NCBI GenBank assembly: GCA_040954595.2
Contig: CM082590.2
Location: 1,426,001 to 1,490,000, forward strand
Length of the DNA: 64,000 nt
Direction of reading: 5' to 3'
Origin: Balanoglossus misakiensis
Taxonomy: Eukaryota; Animalia; Hemichordata
The notes under the pieces were generated by a model. The model saw only the letters and a list, made by a program, of their open reading frames with translations. It ran no database searches and had not been told where the DNA came from. Positions 1 through 10,064 of this stretch are shown here, piece after piece. The position numbers were made by a program, and so were the translations under genes. Numbering within the stretch: the first letter of the stretch is position 1; each line of letters starts with the position of its first letter.

Positions 1-47
1 GATATTCACGTTTATTTCCAATCAAAGAACTAAATCAATAAAATACC

Positions 48-433
48 TAGTCTGGTTCCCTGCCTCAATCCCACCGCTGGCTGCGCTACGCTATAGGGAA
101 AGGGTCAGGCACGGCCTACTGTAAACATGGCTCTCATTGGTCAATACATACGAACATTAAGTTGTTAAGTTGATAAGTTGTTGTAAGATACTCATTTCCC
201 GTTCTCTCCTTCACCTCCATGAATGTTTATCATTCGATTTCCAACTTTACAACAAACGAAACAAAATAAACTGCCTGGATGAATCTTGACTGGCGTACGG
301 ACATTGGAGGCATCCACCTTGTTTATGATCACGTGGTCTTCCCAGGTTTCTGGGCATGAAATCGGGCCGTACCTGACCCTTTCCCTTTAGCGTAGCGCAG
401 CCAGCGGTGGGATTGGGGCAGGGAACCAGACTA
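48..433. mobile_element. Non-autonomous TIR DNA transposon (MITE), Academ/AcademH-like
   Basis: ~70-bp near-perfect TIRs (TAGTCTGGTTCCCTGCC...GGCAGGGAACCAGACTA). Exact 9-bp TSD TAAAATACC at 39-47 and 434-442. TAG..CTA termini with 9-bp TSDs fit AcademH. Confidence 0.85.
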
Positions 434-884
434 TAAAATACCCACTGATAACTGCATGACTGGTCATATATTGATCCGCCCCGCAAAACATAGTCCCCAT
501 TTCATCAGGAGTTTACAGTACACACATGCTGCAAAAATGTGCTCAACACATAAAAATATGGAGATATGTTCCCAGTGGCCTAAATTCGTGGGATTACTGG
601 AGTTTTTTGTGAGTCTGTCACCGACCACGTACACCACTGTCGTCTGCTCATGACCTGATCACATTGTAGTTCTGACTCGTGTACAACACGTCACACAATT
701 GGATAATATTTGGTCGTTCTGAGGGGTACGAATGTCATGTTAGATAACAGTTGTCTCTGTGCGCATTAACACAGAGTCTGATCCCACACTCTCTATCCCA
801 CACTCTCAGCGGCCAAGAGTGTGAGAAAGCACTGTATTGCATAAGCAGTTTTACAGTGTGGTTCATGATGCCTTGTTATTCCAG

Positions 885-989
885 AATGTTCGGAAGTGTG
901 CAAAAAGTATGATGAATTTGGCAGACTGTTGGAGGCATCACATAGACAAATAAGGCATCGATTTGAAGATGGTGGAGAATCCGTTGATG
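885..989 (+). CDS. Putative 105-bp internal coding exon (phase 1-1) of the zinc-finger gene, copy 1
   Basis: TTATTCCAG acceptor and GTAAGT donor. Open frame CSEVCKKYDEFGRLLEASHRQIRHRFEDGGESVD. Ends in phase 1, which matches the zinc-finger exon acceptor at 3843/3844. Confidence 0.55.
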
Positions 990-1389
990 GTAAGTAAGCG
1001 TACAGTCTATTATATCACTCACAAGCTAGTATCTATCATATTTTTCTGGAATATTTAGTAGTAATTACGGTCGCCCGTATATGACAGCCAAAATCTCTAA
1101 TTAAGCGGACACAACTTTAATTTTGCTGGATGGAACTCTCTAATTGGTGGACACAACTCTAATTTTGTCAGACACCACCTTGAGTACCGGTACTTTTAAA
1201 AGATAGAAATTGTAAATTGCTGTCTGTGCACACTCACTTTTCTAAACAACCACAACACAACACTTGCGCATTAACACAGAGTCTGATCCCACACTCTCTA
1301 TCCCACACTCTCAGCGGCCAAGAGTGTGAGAAAGCACTGTATTGCATAAGCAGTTTTACAGTGTGGTTCATGATGCCTTGTTATTCCAG

Positions 1390-1494
1390 AATGTTCGGAA
1401 GTGTGCAAAAAGTATGATGAATTTGGCAGACTGTTGGAGGCATCACATAGACAAATAAGGCATCGATTTGAAGATGGTGGAGAATCCGTTGATG
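1390..1494 (+). CDS. Putative 105-bp internal coding exon, duplicated copy 2
   Basis: Same sequence and splice sites as 885-989, offset by 505 bp. Confidence 0.5.
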
Positions 1495-1900
1495 GTAAGT
1501 AAGCGTACAGTCTATTATATCACTCACAAGCTAGTATCTATCATATTTTTCTGGAATATTTAGTAGTAATTACGGTCGCCCGTATATGACAGCCAAAATC
1601 TCTAATTAAGCGGACACAACTTTAATTTTGCTGGATGGAACTCTCTAATTGGTGGACACAACTCTAATTTTGTCAGACACCACCTTGAGTACCGGTACTT
1701 TTAAAAGATAGAAATTGTAAATTGCTGTCTGTGCACACTCACTTTTCTAAACAACCACAACACAACACTTGTTGAGGAAAAATCCCTGGAGTATACCTCA
1801 CATATCCAAGGACGGTTGAAGGTTAGATAGGATGGCAACCAACCACCTGAGACCACATCAATTTACTATTTGCCATGGAGCCCTACATTGGTATAGATGT

Positions 1901-3271
1901 TTTGGGGGACCCAAGCCCCCTGCAGGGGCTTGGGTCCCTATTGTAATTGCTGGGATTTTTCTTCTTTATTCATTTTTTTGCTCACCTAGATCTCAAAAAC
2001 TGCTGCACCTGCGCTTCTGAAACTTGGCACAGAGGTTGGGGCCAATGAGTAGTAGTGCATGGAACCTTTGCATTTTAATTAGTTGTGTGACCTGGTAGCT
2101 ATATCCGATCAAAATTTTCAAATTGATCTAATTTGCATATGAATGGCAGCATTTAAATTCTTTTCTCAAACTTTGTAGACCATATGACCAAGATCCTGTA
2201 TGCCAAATGTCAAGGTCCTAGACTACTAGGCCATGTCGATTTTGAGAAGATAATTTTTAAAATATTTTTTCTATATTTTTATGGCCTTTGGACCAACCAA
2301 TTGGCCTATGTCCACATCTTATTGTTGAATTCTGGCATGTGCAATGGTCCTAGACAGTGGCTGTCTATGGGCCAGTGAGCAGCATGGGACCAAAATAAAA
2401 AGCCAAATTTGGAGGTCACCTGTGACACCTGCTTCACTCATTAATTATGTGCATACCTAATTGCAGGCTAACGAAAAAGGCTACAAATCTGGTTTTTGTT
2501 GCTCATGAAGCAATATGGAGTCAAATTTTCCCCCTCAAAATTTTAGGTGACCTCCGGCAGGGCTCGAATTTTATTTTTTTGAGTGGTAGCCCACTTGGGC
2601 TACCATTTCCCAAAGTTAGTAGCCCCAAACCCATGATTGGTAGCCCACAAATATATAGCCACCTTATACAGTCCTCTTGCATGTCAGTTCGGCCAGCTAG
2701 CCGGCCTCAAAGAGCATAGGACGCAGTTTGTGGTTTCTTTGTGTCCCCAGAGACCAAGGAAATTAAAAACAAGCGCGGCCACTGACGCTCGCTAATGATA
2801 CTGCGATCAATGCACGGCACATCGTACGTACTCAAAAATTGCGGTAGCCCGAGTGGGCTACCAAAATTTGAGAGACAAGTTTTGGTAGCCCCTGGCCCTG
2901 GGGCTACGGTTAGTTTCGGGCCCTGTCAGGTGACCTACTTTCCTATATCTCAGCATCCAGAACAGGTACAGACTTGGCGTTTGGAGGGATGGGACCATAA
3001 TGAAATGCCAAATTCGGGGATCACCTGTGACACCTGCTTAACTCATTACTTATGCGCATACCTAAATTCAGGCTAACCAAAAGGGATAGAAGTCTGGTTT
3101 CTGTTGCACATGAAGCAATATGGAGTCAAATTTTCCCCTCAGGTGACCTTTGGCCAACTTTCCCATATCTCAGCATCCGCAGTAGTTACAGCATTGACAT
3201 TTGATGCAATGGATTAGTCATGATTATCTCTATTTGCTTGGGTCCCTTCAATGCAGCTTGCAGCTTTAATT
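1901..3271 (+). mobile_element. Helentron-associated (HINE/DINE-1-like) non-autonomous element
   Basis: 5' hairpin GGGACCCAAGCCCC..GGGGCTTGGGTCCC (1906-1938). The same subterminal motif GCTTGGGTCCC recurs at 3236-3246, followed by GCAGCTTGCAGCTTTAATT. Diverged internal repeats at ~2386-2553 and ~2991-3149. T-rich ends. Confidence 0.55.
2558..2925. mobile_element. hAT-like MITE nested in the HINE-like element
   Basis: Termini CAGGGCTCGAA / TTCGGGCCCTG (10/11 inverted match). Repeated GGTAGCCC/GGGCTACC subterminal motifs near both ends. No clean 8-bp TSD seen. Confidence 0.6.
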
Positions 3272-3338
3272 ACTACTTGATATACAAATGTAATATAAAA
3301 GACTGTTGCTAATAACTGTCTCTATGTAATGTGCATAC

Positions 3339-3748
3339 AAGTCTAGTATCTAGCCGTATTTTGTCCCCTTCACTTCCAAAACTAATGTCTAGCGTCATGC
3401 ATACCACTGGCCCAACAAAGCCAGTGATACCCCTTGCCGGGAATTGTGATGTAACTGGCATCCCCTTGAAGTCAATCACTGGCTTTGATTTTTCCAATGA
3501 TAGGACAAATGATATACAGTGTGTAATTAAGGATGGGTAACATTTTCAATGAAATTAACCCTGCCTTCCCCATAATCTTACATCCAATCACCAGTGTTCA
3601 GTTTATGTGAGTGACTACTACAAGGGGACGCTAGTTACATCACAACTCCCAGCAAGGGGTATCAGGTTTTATTGGTTCAGTGGCATGCATGAGGCTAGAC
3701 ATTAGTTTTGGAAGTGAAGTTGACAAAATACACCAAGATAGTAGACTA
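3339..3748. mobile_element. Second, older AcademH-like MITE
   Basis: ~140-bp diverged inverted arms (e.g. CTTCACTTCCAAAACTAATGTCTAGC vs GCTAGACATTAGTTTTGGAAGTGAAG). Termini AAGTCT..AGACTA. Exact 9-bp TSD TGTGCATAC at 3330-3338 and 3749-3757. Confidence 0.8.
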
Positions 3749-3843
3749 TGTGCATACAGACTGGTTTGGTTAACTCTACAATTATTTGTTTTCCTTTAAT
3801 ACAATTTTCTTAACACGTCCAGTCATTTGTTTTCATCCAACAG

Positions 3844-4583
3844 ATGTGTCACTGATTATCAACACCCTGGCACACCATGGCCATGTTGAGCTTGTAATGA
3901 GCCCCCATGAAATATCATATGCATGCAGTGAATGTGGAAAAACATTTAATCGGAATAGAAGCCTGAAGGAACACATGAGGATCCATACAAATGAAAGACC
4001 TTTTGCATGCAATGAATGTGGAAAAACATTTGATCGGAATAGCCATCTGAAGAGACACATGAGGATCCATACAAATGAAAGACCTTTTGCATGCAGTGAA
4101 TGTGGAAAAACATTTAATCGGAATAGCCATCTGAAGAGACACATGAGGATCCATACAAATGAAAGACCTTTTGCATGCAATGAATGTGGAAAAACATTTA
4201 ATCAGAGTAGCTACCTGAAGGAACACATGGGGATTCATACAAATGAAAGACCATATGCATGCAATGAATGTGGAAAAACATTTAATCGGAATAGAAGCCT
4301 GAAGGAACACATGAGGATCCATACAAATGAAAGACCTTTTGCATGCAATGAATGTGGAAAAACATTTAATCGGAATAGCCATCTGAAGAGACACATGAGG
4401 ATCCATACAAATGAAAGACCTTTTGCATGCAGTGAATGTGGAAAAACATTTAATCGGAATAGAAGCCTGAAGGAACACATGAGGATCCATACAAATGAAA
4501 GACCATATGCATGCAATGAATGTGGAAAAACATTTAATCGGAATAGCCATCTGAAGAGACACATGAGGATCCATACAAATTAA
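3844..4583 (+). CDS. Terminal exon of a C2H2 (Kruppel-type) zinc-finger gene, 8 intact tandem fingers
   Basis: Pyrimidine tract plus CAG acceptor at 3841-3843. Eight repeats of C-x2-C-x3-F-x5-L-x2-H-x3-H with HTNERP(F/Y) linkers. Ends at TAA 4581-4583. Confidence 0.85.
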
Positions 4584-5350
4584 AGACCTTTTGCATGCAG
4601 TGAATGTGGAAAAACATTTACTCAGCATAGCCATCTGAAGGAATACATGAGGATCCATACAAATGAAAGACCTTTTGCATGCAGTGAATGTGGAAAAACA
4701 TTTAATCGGAATAGAAGCCTGAAGGAACACATGAGGATCCATACAAATGAAAGACCATATGCATGCAATGAATGTGGAAAAACATTTAATCGGAATAGCC
4801 ATCTGAAGAGACACATGAGGATCCATACAAATGAAAGACCTTTTGCATTCAATGAATGTGGAAAAACATTTAATCGGAATAGCCATCTGAAGAGACACAT
4901 GAGGATCCATACAAATGAAAGACCTTTTGCATGCAATGAATGTGGAAAAACATTTAATCGGAATAGCCATCTGAAGAGACACATGAGGATCCGTTTCAAT
5001 GAAAGACCTTTTGCATGCAGTGAATGTGGAAAAACATTTACTCAGCATAGCCATCTGAAGGAACACATGAGGATCCTTACAAATGAAAGACCATATGCAT
5101 GCAGTGAATGTGGAAAAACATTTAATCGGAATAGAAGCCTGAAGGTACACATGAGGATCCATACAAATGAAAGACTTTTTGCATGCAGTGAATGTGGGAA
5201 AATTTTTACGCACAGTGGTACCCTGAAGAAACACATTAAGGTCCATTGAAATAAAAGACCATATGGATGCAATGAAAGTGGGAATCATTTGCACTGAGTG
5301 GATCCCTGAAGGGACACACGAGGATCCATGCAAATGAAAGACCATATCCA
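3918..5350 (+). repeat. 84-bp coding minisatellite, ~17 units
   Basis: GAATGTGGAAAAACATTT and ATGAGGATCCATACAAATGAAAGACC recur every 84 bp with almost no synonymous divergence. Confidence 0.95.
4584..5249 (+). pseudogene. In-frame continuation of the finger array (fingers 9-16) after the stop, partly degenerate
   Basis: Same 84-bp units. Zinc ligands are lost in finger 9 (H>Y, 4644), 12 (C>F, 4848), 13 (H>R, 4992) and 14 (H>L, 5076). A further frameshifted relic extends to ~5355. Confidence 0.75.
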
Positions 5351-5825
5351 TAGCATGAGTGGTGGCTCTTGTAGAAACAATGAAATGTAACACTTGCAGT
5401 ATCGTTGCGTTGCAGGTACACAAATGCCTACAAGATTGTTGCGACCCATATAGTTAAAAAATTGTTCAAAAAACTTTTAAAAAATATAAGCAAATAGTGT
5501 GAATTTTCTATTTTTTTGCATTTTTTGTCTTTTTCCACATTTTTGGTAAACAATCTACTTTTCTGGAATTGATCAGCCAACTTCTTTGACATTTCAAATA
5601 GGTGATATGAGTTTTACCTAAGTTTTGTTTATATTGCTGCAAAATTTGCACATTTATAATTTTGGAGCAATTTTTGCCTTTTTGATCAAATGTGTTTTCT
5701 TTAAAACCGCTTGTAAGATTGCTTTGAAATTTGGTAGAAATGTTCCTTGGGGTACCACAAGTAAGATTTGCATGTATGTTTTTCAAATCAACTTGAAGAA
5801 TTCAATAAGTATATTTTGGGGTGGT

Positions 5826-6120
5826 TTTTAGGTCCCATTGGTTTATACCATGGGACCTTATGGGATCGGTTGCGTCTGTATGTATGTATGGATGGATGTA
5901 TGTCTGTATGTCCGTCCACATCAAAAACTTGAAAACCGCTGCGTGTATCACCTTGATATTTGGTGTGCTGATGCAGGCTGGGCAGTAGATGGGAGTTTGT
6001 TCAAATGAAGTTGTCATTGCCAAAAATATGCAAATTAGCTGGAAAATGTGAATTTGGTCAAAACTCAGTAACTCAAGAACTACTGACCAGATTGCTTTAC
6101 AAAGTGGTGTGTATTTACTT
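5826..6120 (+). mobile_element. Truncated HINE/DINE-1-like element (5' end)
   Basis: T-run, then hairpin AGGTCCCAT..ATGGGACCT (5830-5858), then a (GTAT/GGAT/GTCY)n tetranucleotide microsatellite. The 3' boundary is approximate. Confidence 0.5.
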
Positions 6121-7171
6121 TATTGAGTTGTTTTAATTAGGCAGGAACCCCATCCTGTGATATTTATATACACAGCAAATTCCGGAATGATTACATAACT
6201 GGCTAAGTTTTAAAGAGGCCAGCTGTTCTGTTTAGTGTATGTACAGTAAATATGCCATTGGCAGCTTATGGGTCAGTCAGTGCTTGCCCATTGATCTCTC
6301 GCTATGTGTGTGTGTGTGTCTGTCTGTCTGTATATGGCCATGTACTCCGGTGTAGACTTTATCTTGTGCAATCCCTCACTTTTGGTCAAAACTCTTTCTC
6401 AGAACCCTCCACCCCATTGCTTTGAAATTTGTTCCATGGTGAGTTGTCATGATGATTTACAAAACCTGTGATGAAAGTGTCAATGTTTTGTGTGGGCAAT
6501 ATCTTGTATTTTGGGGGCATATTTTCCAATTTTGATAAAAAATTATATTTCTCAGGTGTATGGCTGATTACTTTAAAATTTGAGTTGTAAGTTAATAGGA
6601 TTGGCTTCTTTAGAATTATACTGAAATCAAATCATAGGTAATTTGGAACTTTTATATTTTGTACGATATTTTGTCTTATACCACAAAACAATTTCATCTC
6701 AAGAAGAGTAATTACTAGTACATAGGAACCCCTTACTGGGACTTGTATACACAGCAAATTCCAGCATGTTTACATAACTGGCTATAAAAAGACCAGCTGT
6801 TCTATTTGGTGTGTGCATGGAATATGGAAGGAAGCGAAGGCAGTCTACTGAATGCGTCGAAAGCACACTCTGCAGATACTTTTGGATTTGATGTAATGTA
6901 TGTACACGCACACGGAATTACGCACATGTGCATAGTATTTTTGCGAGTATTTTTGAAAAATAGAATGAACAAGTGATCGAAGACTTGCTTTTAAAAACAC
7001 GCAGTTCCGCGTCATTTCGCTGCTGTTTGGATTAAAATACACTATGACGTACCGGTACTCGTAGTTTCCACTCTAAAATGATTGTACCAGTGATACCTGA
7101 TTTGCATTGACTTGACTGTAAGAGATGGCATTTTGTGGTTGAACTTCCAGTTATCAATTTAAACCCCCACC

Positions 7172-7193
7172 GCTCGGTAGGGCCCTACCGAGC
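7172..7193. repeat. Perfect 22-bp palindrome GCTCGGTAGGGCCCTACCGAGC
   Basis: Directly visible. Probably a transposon relic. Confidence 0.85.
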
Positions 7194-7242
7194 AAAAATC
7201 AATAAAATGTGGGCGTGGCTAAAGCTCTGACGCCACTATATA

Positions 7243-8714
7243 CAGTCGGCCCGATCGCCAAAAAAGGAAATCTCATGAATATTTAAATAAGGTGTCAAAG
7301 GTAACGTTTCGCCCAATCAGATTCCTGGTTTTCGACTCATGCATATCATTTCTATAGAAAATATGCATACCCGTAGTTTTAGTTCAATTAAATAAAATCT
7401 ACGTCACCTAAATGCCCAGGATTTTGTCCGAGGACACATTGATACACGCTCTAGCGATCTACCGATGCGTTTTGAAATCGACCGTTGCGTTTTTTAGCGA
7501 CAGCTGATAATTTCTGCCATGCCCAAGTCCCCACTGTCGACAACGGCGATGATGGCTATTCTTGTATGCTTCTGAAGTTTTAGTGCGGGGTCTTAGTTCA
7601 ATTAAATAAAATCTACGTCGCCTAAATGCCCAGGATTTTGTCCGAGGACACATTGATACACGCTCTAGCGATCTACCGATGCGTTTTGAAATCGACCGTT
7701 GCGTTTTTTAGCGACAGCTGATAATTTCTGCCATGCCCAAGTCCCCACTGTCGACAACGGCGATGATGGCTATTCTTGTATGCTTCCGGGTTTTAGTCCG
7801 AAGTTTTACAAATTAAGTTCAATTAAATAAAATCTAGGTCGCCTAAATGTTCAGGATTTTGTCCGAGGACACATTGATACACGCTCTAGCGATCTACCGA
7901 TGCGTTTTGAAATCGACCGTTGCGTTTTGTAGCGACAACTGATAATTTCTGCCATGCCCAGGTCCTCACTATATATACATGTACACACGGAGCTCCGTGC
8001 TATATACACAACGGCGATGATAACAATCTTGTGCGTGAGCTAGGCCGCGGCTCAGTCACTCTCGATCCAAAAGTTTCATGATTTTTTATTCACAATTACC
8101 AATTACCGTAAATGAAAGAAAGAGTCGAATTCACAAAATATGACGATTACCTCATGAATGTGCGAAGTCAACTTGGAAACTGTTAGCAACCTCGCCAAAC
8201 GTAAATTATATTACAACATACGCGCCGCGCAATAGCTCACAACACCGCTCATGCACACTCAGTCACCGTACTACGAGTTTACTACGAGTATCGCTGTTGC
8301 CCCTGTATCAGTTGCGTCTTTATACCATACATGTAGCTGATATAGTCCGACTAGCACAAGTATGGATCGTTATACTTGGCCGCATTGACACTGAAAAGTG
8401 AGGCCCAAAGTTTACTGGAAGCATTTACCGAGTCATCGTCGGCTCGCACGGGTTGTTGGATCGACCAAAGTTTCCCTAACAAACCCATGCGTCCACGGTC
8501 TAAGGATTTGTTCTGCCAAGGTCTATTCGGATACCAAGAGCTTGGCGGGCGGAGAGGTTACCTAGTATAAATGCAAGACAGCCTCAGGATGTCACATGTG
8601 TCAGTGGCAGCAAAAGGCACTGGCCTTGTGCATATTTCTGATTGGGCGAAACGTTACCTTTGACACAAATTTAAATATTCATGAGATTTCCTTTTTTGGC
8701 GATCGGGCCGACTG
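7243..8714. mobile_element. 1472-bp non-autonomous TIR DNA transposon, superfamily uncertain
   Basis: ~80-bp near-perfect TIRs (CAGTCGGCCCGATCGCCAAAAAAGGAAATCTCATGAATATTTAAAT...). ATATA flanks both sides; TSD length is ambiguous within the AT run. No long ORF. Confidence 0.85.
7381..8030. repeat. Three tandem ~214-221-bp units inside the TIR element
   Basis: AGTTCAATTAAATAAAATCTA starts at 7381, 7595 and 7816. Confidence 0.9.
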
Positions 8715-8765
8715 ATATATTGTTACAACAATTGACCTCAAATGTACCGTGGCCGAAATCGACAC

Positions 8766-8951
8766 ACGGTGTAGGTTTCAAACCTACACTGTCCCTTTGC
8801 TACAAAATGCGCGCGTACGGTGTAGGTTTCCAAACCTACACTGTCCCTTTGCTACAAAATGCGCGCGTACGGTGTAGGTTTCAAACCTACACTGTCCCTT
8901 TGGTGAAACGAAAAAAGCAAGTGTAGGTTTCCCCCTGGGTTTCAAGTAGTG
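8766..8951. repeat. 51-52-bp tandem repeat with an internal palindrome, ending in a possible CACTA terminus
   Basis: Units start at 8766, 8817 and 8869, each with GTGTAGGTTT-C-AAACCTACAC. The region ends ...TTCAAGTAGTG (reverse complement CACTACTTGAA) at 8951. Confidence 0.7.
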
Positions 8952-8961
8952 TCCAGGGTTA

Positions 8962-9054
8962 GGACTTGAAGTTGGGCATTGAGGGACCTGAGTCCCCTAA
9001 TGCCCAACTTCAAGTCCCCGTATGCCCAACATCAAGTCTCACAATGCCCATACT
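8962..9054. repeat. Inverted repeat with 19-bp perfect arms plus decaying direct copies; probable transposon subterminal region
   Basis: GGACTTGAAGTTGGGCATT (8962-8980) / AATGCCCAACTTCAAGTCC (8999-9017). ATGCCCA motifs repeat at ~9022 and ~9044. Confidence 0.75.
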
Positions 9055-9272
9055 TTTTCAATAATTTTTTTTGACTGCTTAATGATGTCCGATTTTCATT
9101 CTGAAAACAGTTTTAGAGAGCAAATCTTCTCCTTTTACAACAATTAAAAAATCATACTCAACCACACTCAACTTATTTTTTATAGGCTATCAAACAAAAC
9201 ATATAATTTGTTGAAAATGACCTTTTTTAAAAATTGTTTTTTTCACACCTCCTCTATGCGATTTTGCTCTCG

Positions 9273-9612
9273 TTCTACGAATAATCTCGCACATATATAC
9301 ACATGTTATACATCGTTCAAGAGCTAAGATTATTGGGTCTCTAACCGCTATAATTGTTTTCTCGAAAAGCAGAAATTAAACGAGCGCTCGCCCGAAATCG
9401 CTGCCGATCTCGTAAAATTGTGCAATTACGATATGACTTCCGGTTCATGCCAAACTGGCGAACATGTTGTATTCTACGAATTTCCTCGCACATTTCTACA
9501 CATGTTATACATGGTTCAATACCTTAGAATATAGGCTATCTAACGGTAATAAGCTTTCGCTAAAAATGCTGAAATTAAAGGAGCACTCGCACGAAATCCC
9601 TGGCGATCTGGT
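9273..9612. repeat. Diverged direct duplication, 199-bp offset
   Basis: TTCTACGAAT..TCGCACAT..TACACATGTTATACAT..GAAATTAAA..GAAATC at 9273 and 9472. A separate 33-bp exact repeat lies at ~9632 and ~9845. Confidence 0.75.
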
Positions 9613-10064
9613 GATACAATGATTCTTTGTTTACATGCATGTTAAAGTATAGGGTGAATCACTGTTTCTAGGTAATGTTTGCAACACTACTGTAACACTT
9701 GGAGTGGGTCTATCTTTAAAGTGTAAGCTGTTTTGAGATCGCCAATTATTACTCTAAAACATATTGAAGACCCGATGTGAAATCTTTAATAATAAATAAA
9801 CAGGTGTGGCAAAAGTAAAGTGATGTTACAGTGGATCTTATGTCTACATGCATGTTAAAGTATAGGGTGAATCACTGAAGTTTAGAAATTGCTGTAAAAT
9901 CTTTTCAAAAGAAGCTTAAGTTCTAATTTTTTCAGAATAGATAAACCTTTTAATTCTCTATGCTGTAGGGGAAATGTTGTTTTTCAAATTCAAACAGGAA
10001 GTTATAAAAAATATAATTATGAAACAATATGTTTGTGCCCCATAGGATTAACACTGTAGAAAAC

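Larger units (their letters stand above)
761..1770. repeat. 505-bp head-to-tail tandem duplication (761-1265, 1266-1770)
   Basis: Both copies start GCGCATTAACACAGAGTCTG and end CACAACACAACACTT, and look identical by eye. TG microhomology at the junction. Confidence 0.95.

Noticed and set aside
247-3540. Assorted 60-93-aa ORFs in the first 3.5 kb (also 5.5-8.9 kb)
   Set aside because: They lie within transposon or intronic sequence and have no protein motifs.
3844-5249. Naming the gene PRDM9
   Set aside because: No PR/SET, KRAB or SSXRD sequence in the window. Only the array pattern is similar.
3915-5423. 502-aa antisense ORF and other - strand ORFs over the zinc-finger array
   Set aside because: An expected shadow of an 84-bp repeat that lacks stops in that frame. 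No independent coding signal.
10030-10039. TGTTTGTGCC, an inverted match to GGCACAAACA in the monomer, just before the array
   Set aside because: Only 10 bp, and cannot be distinguished from chance.
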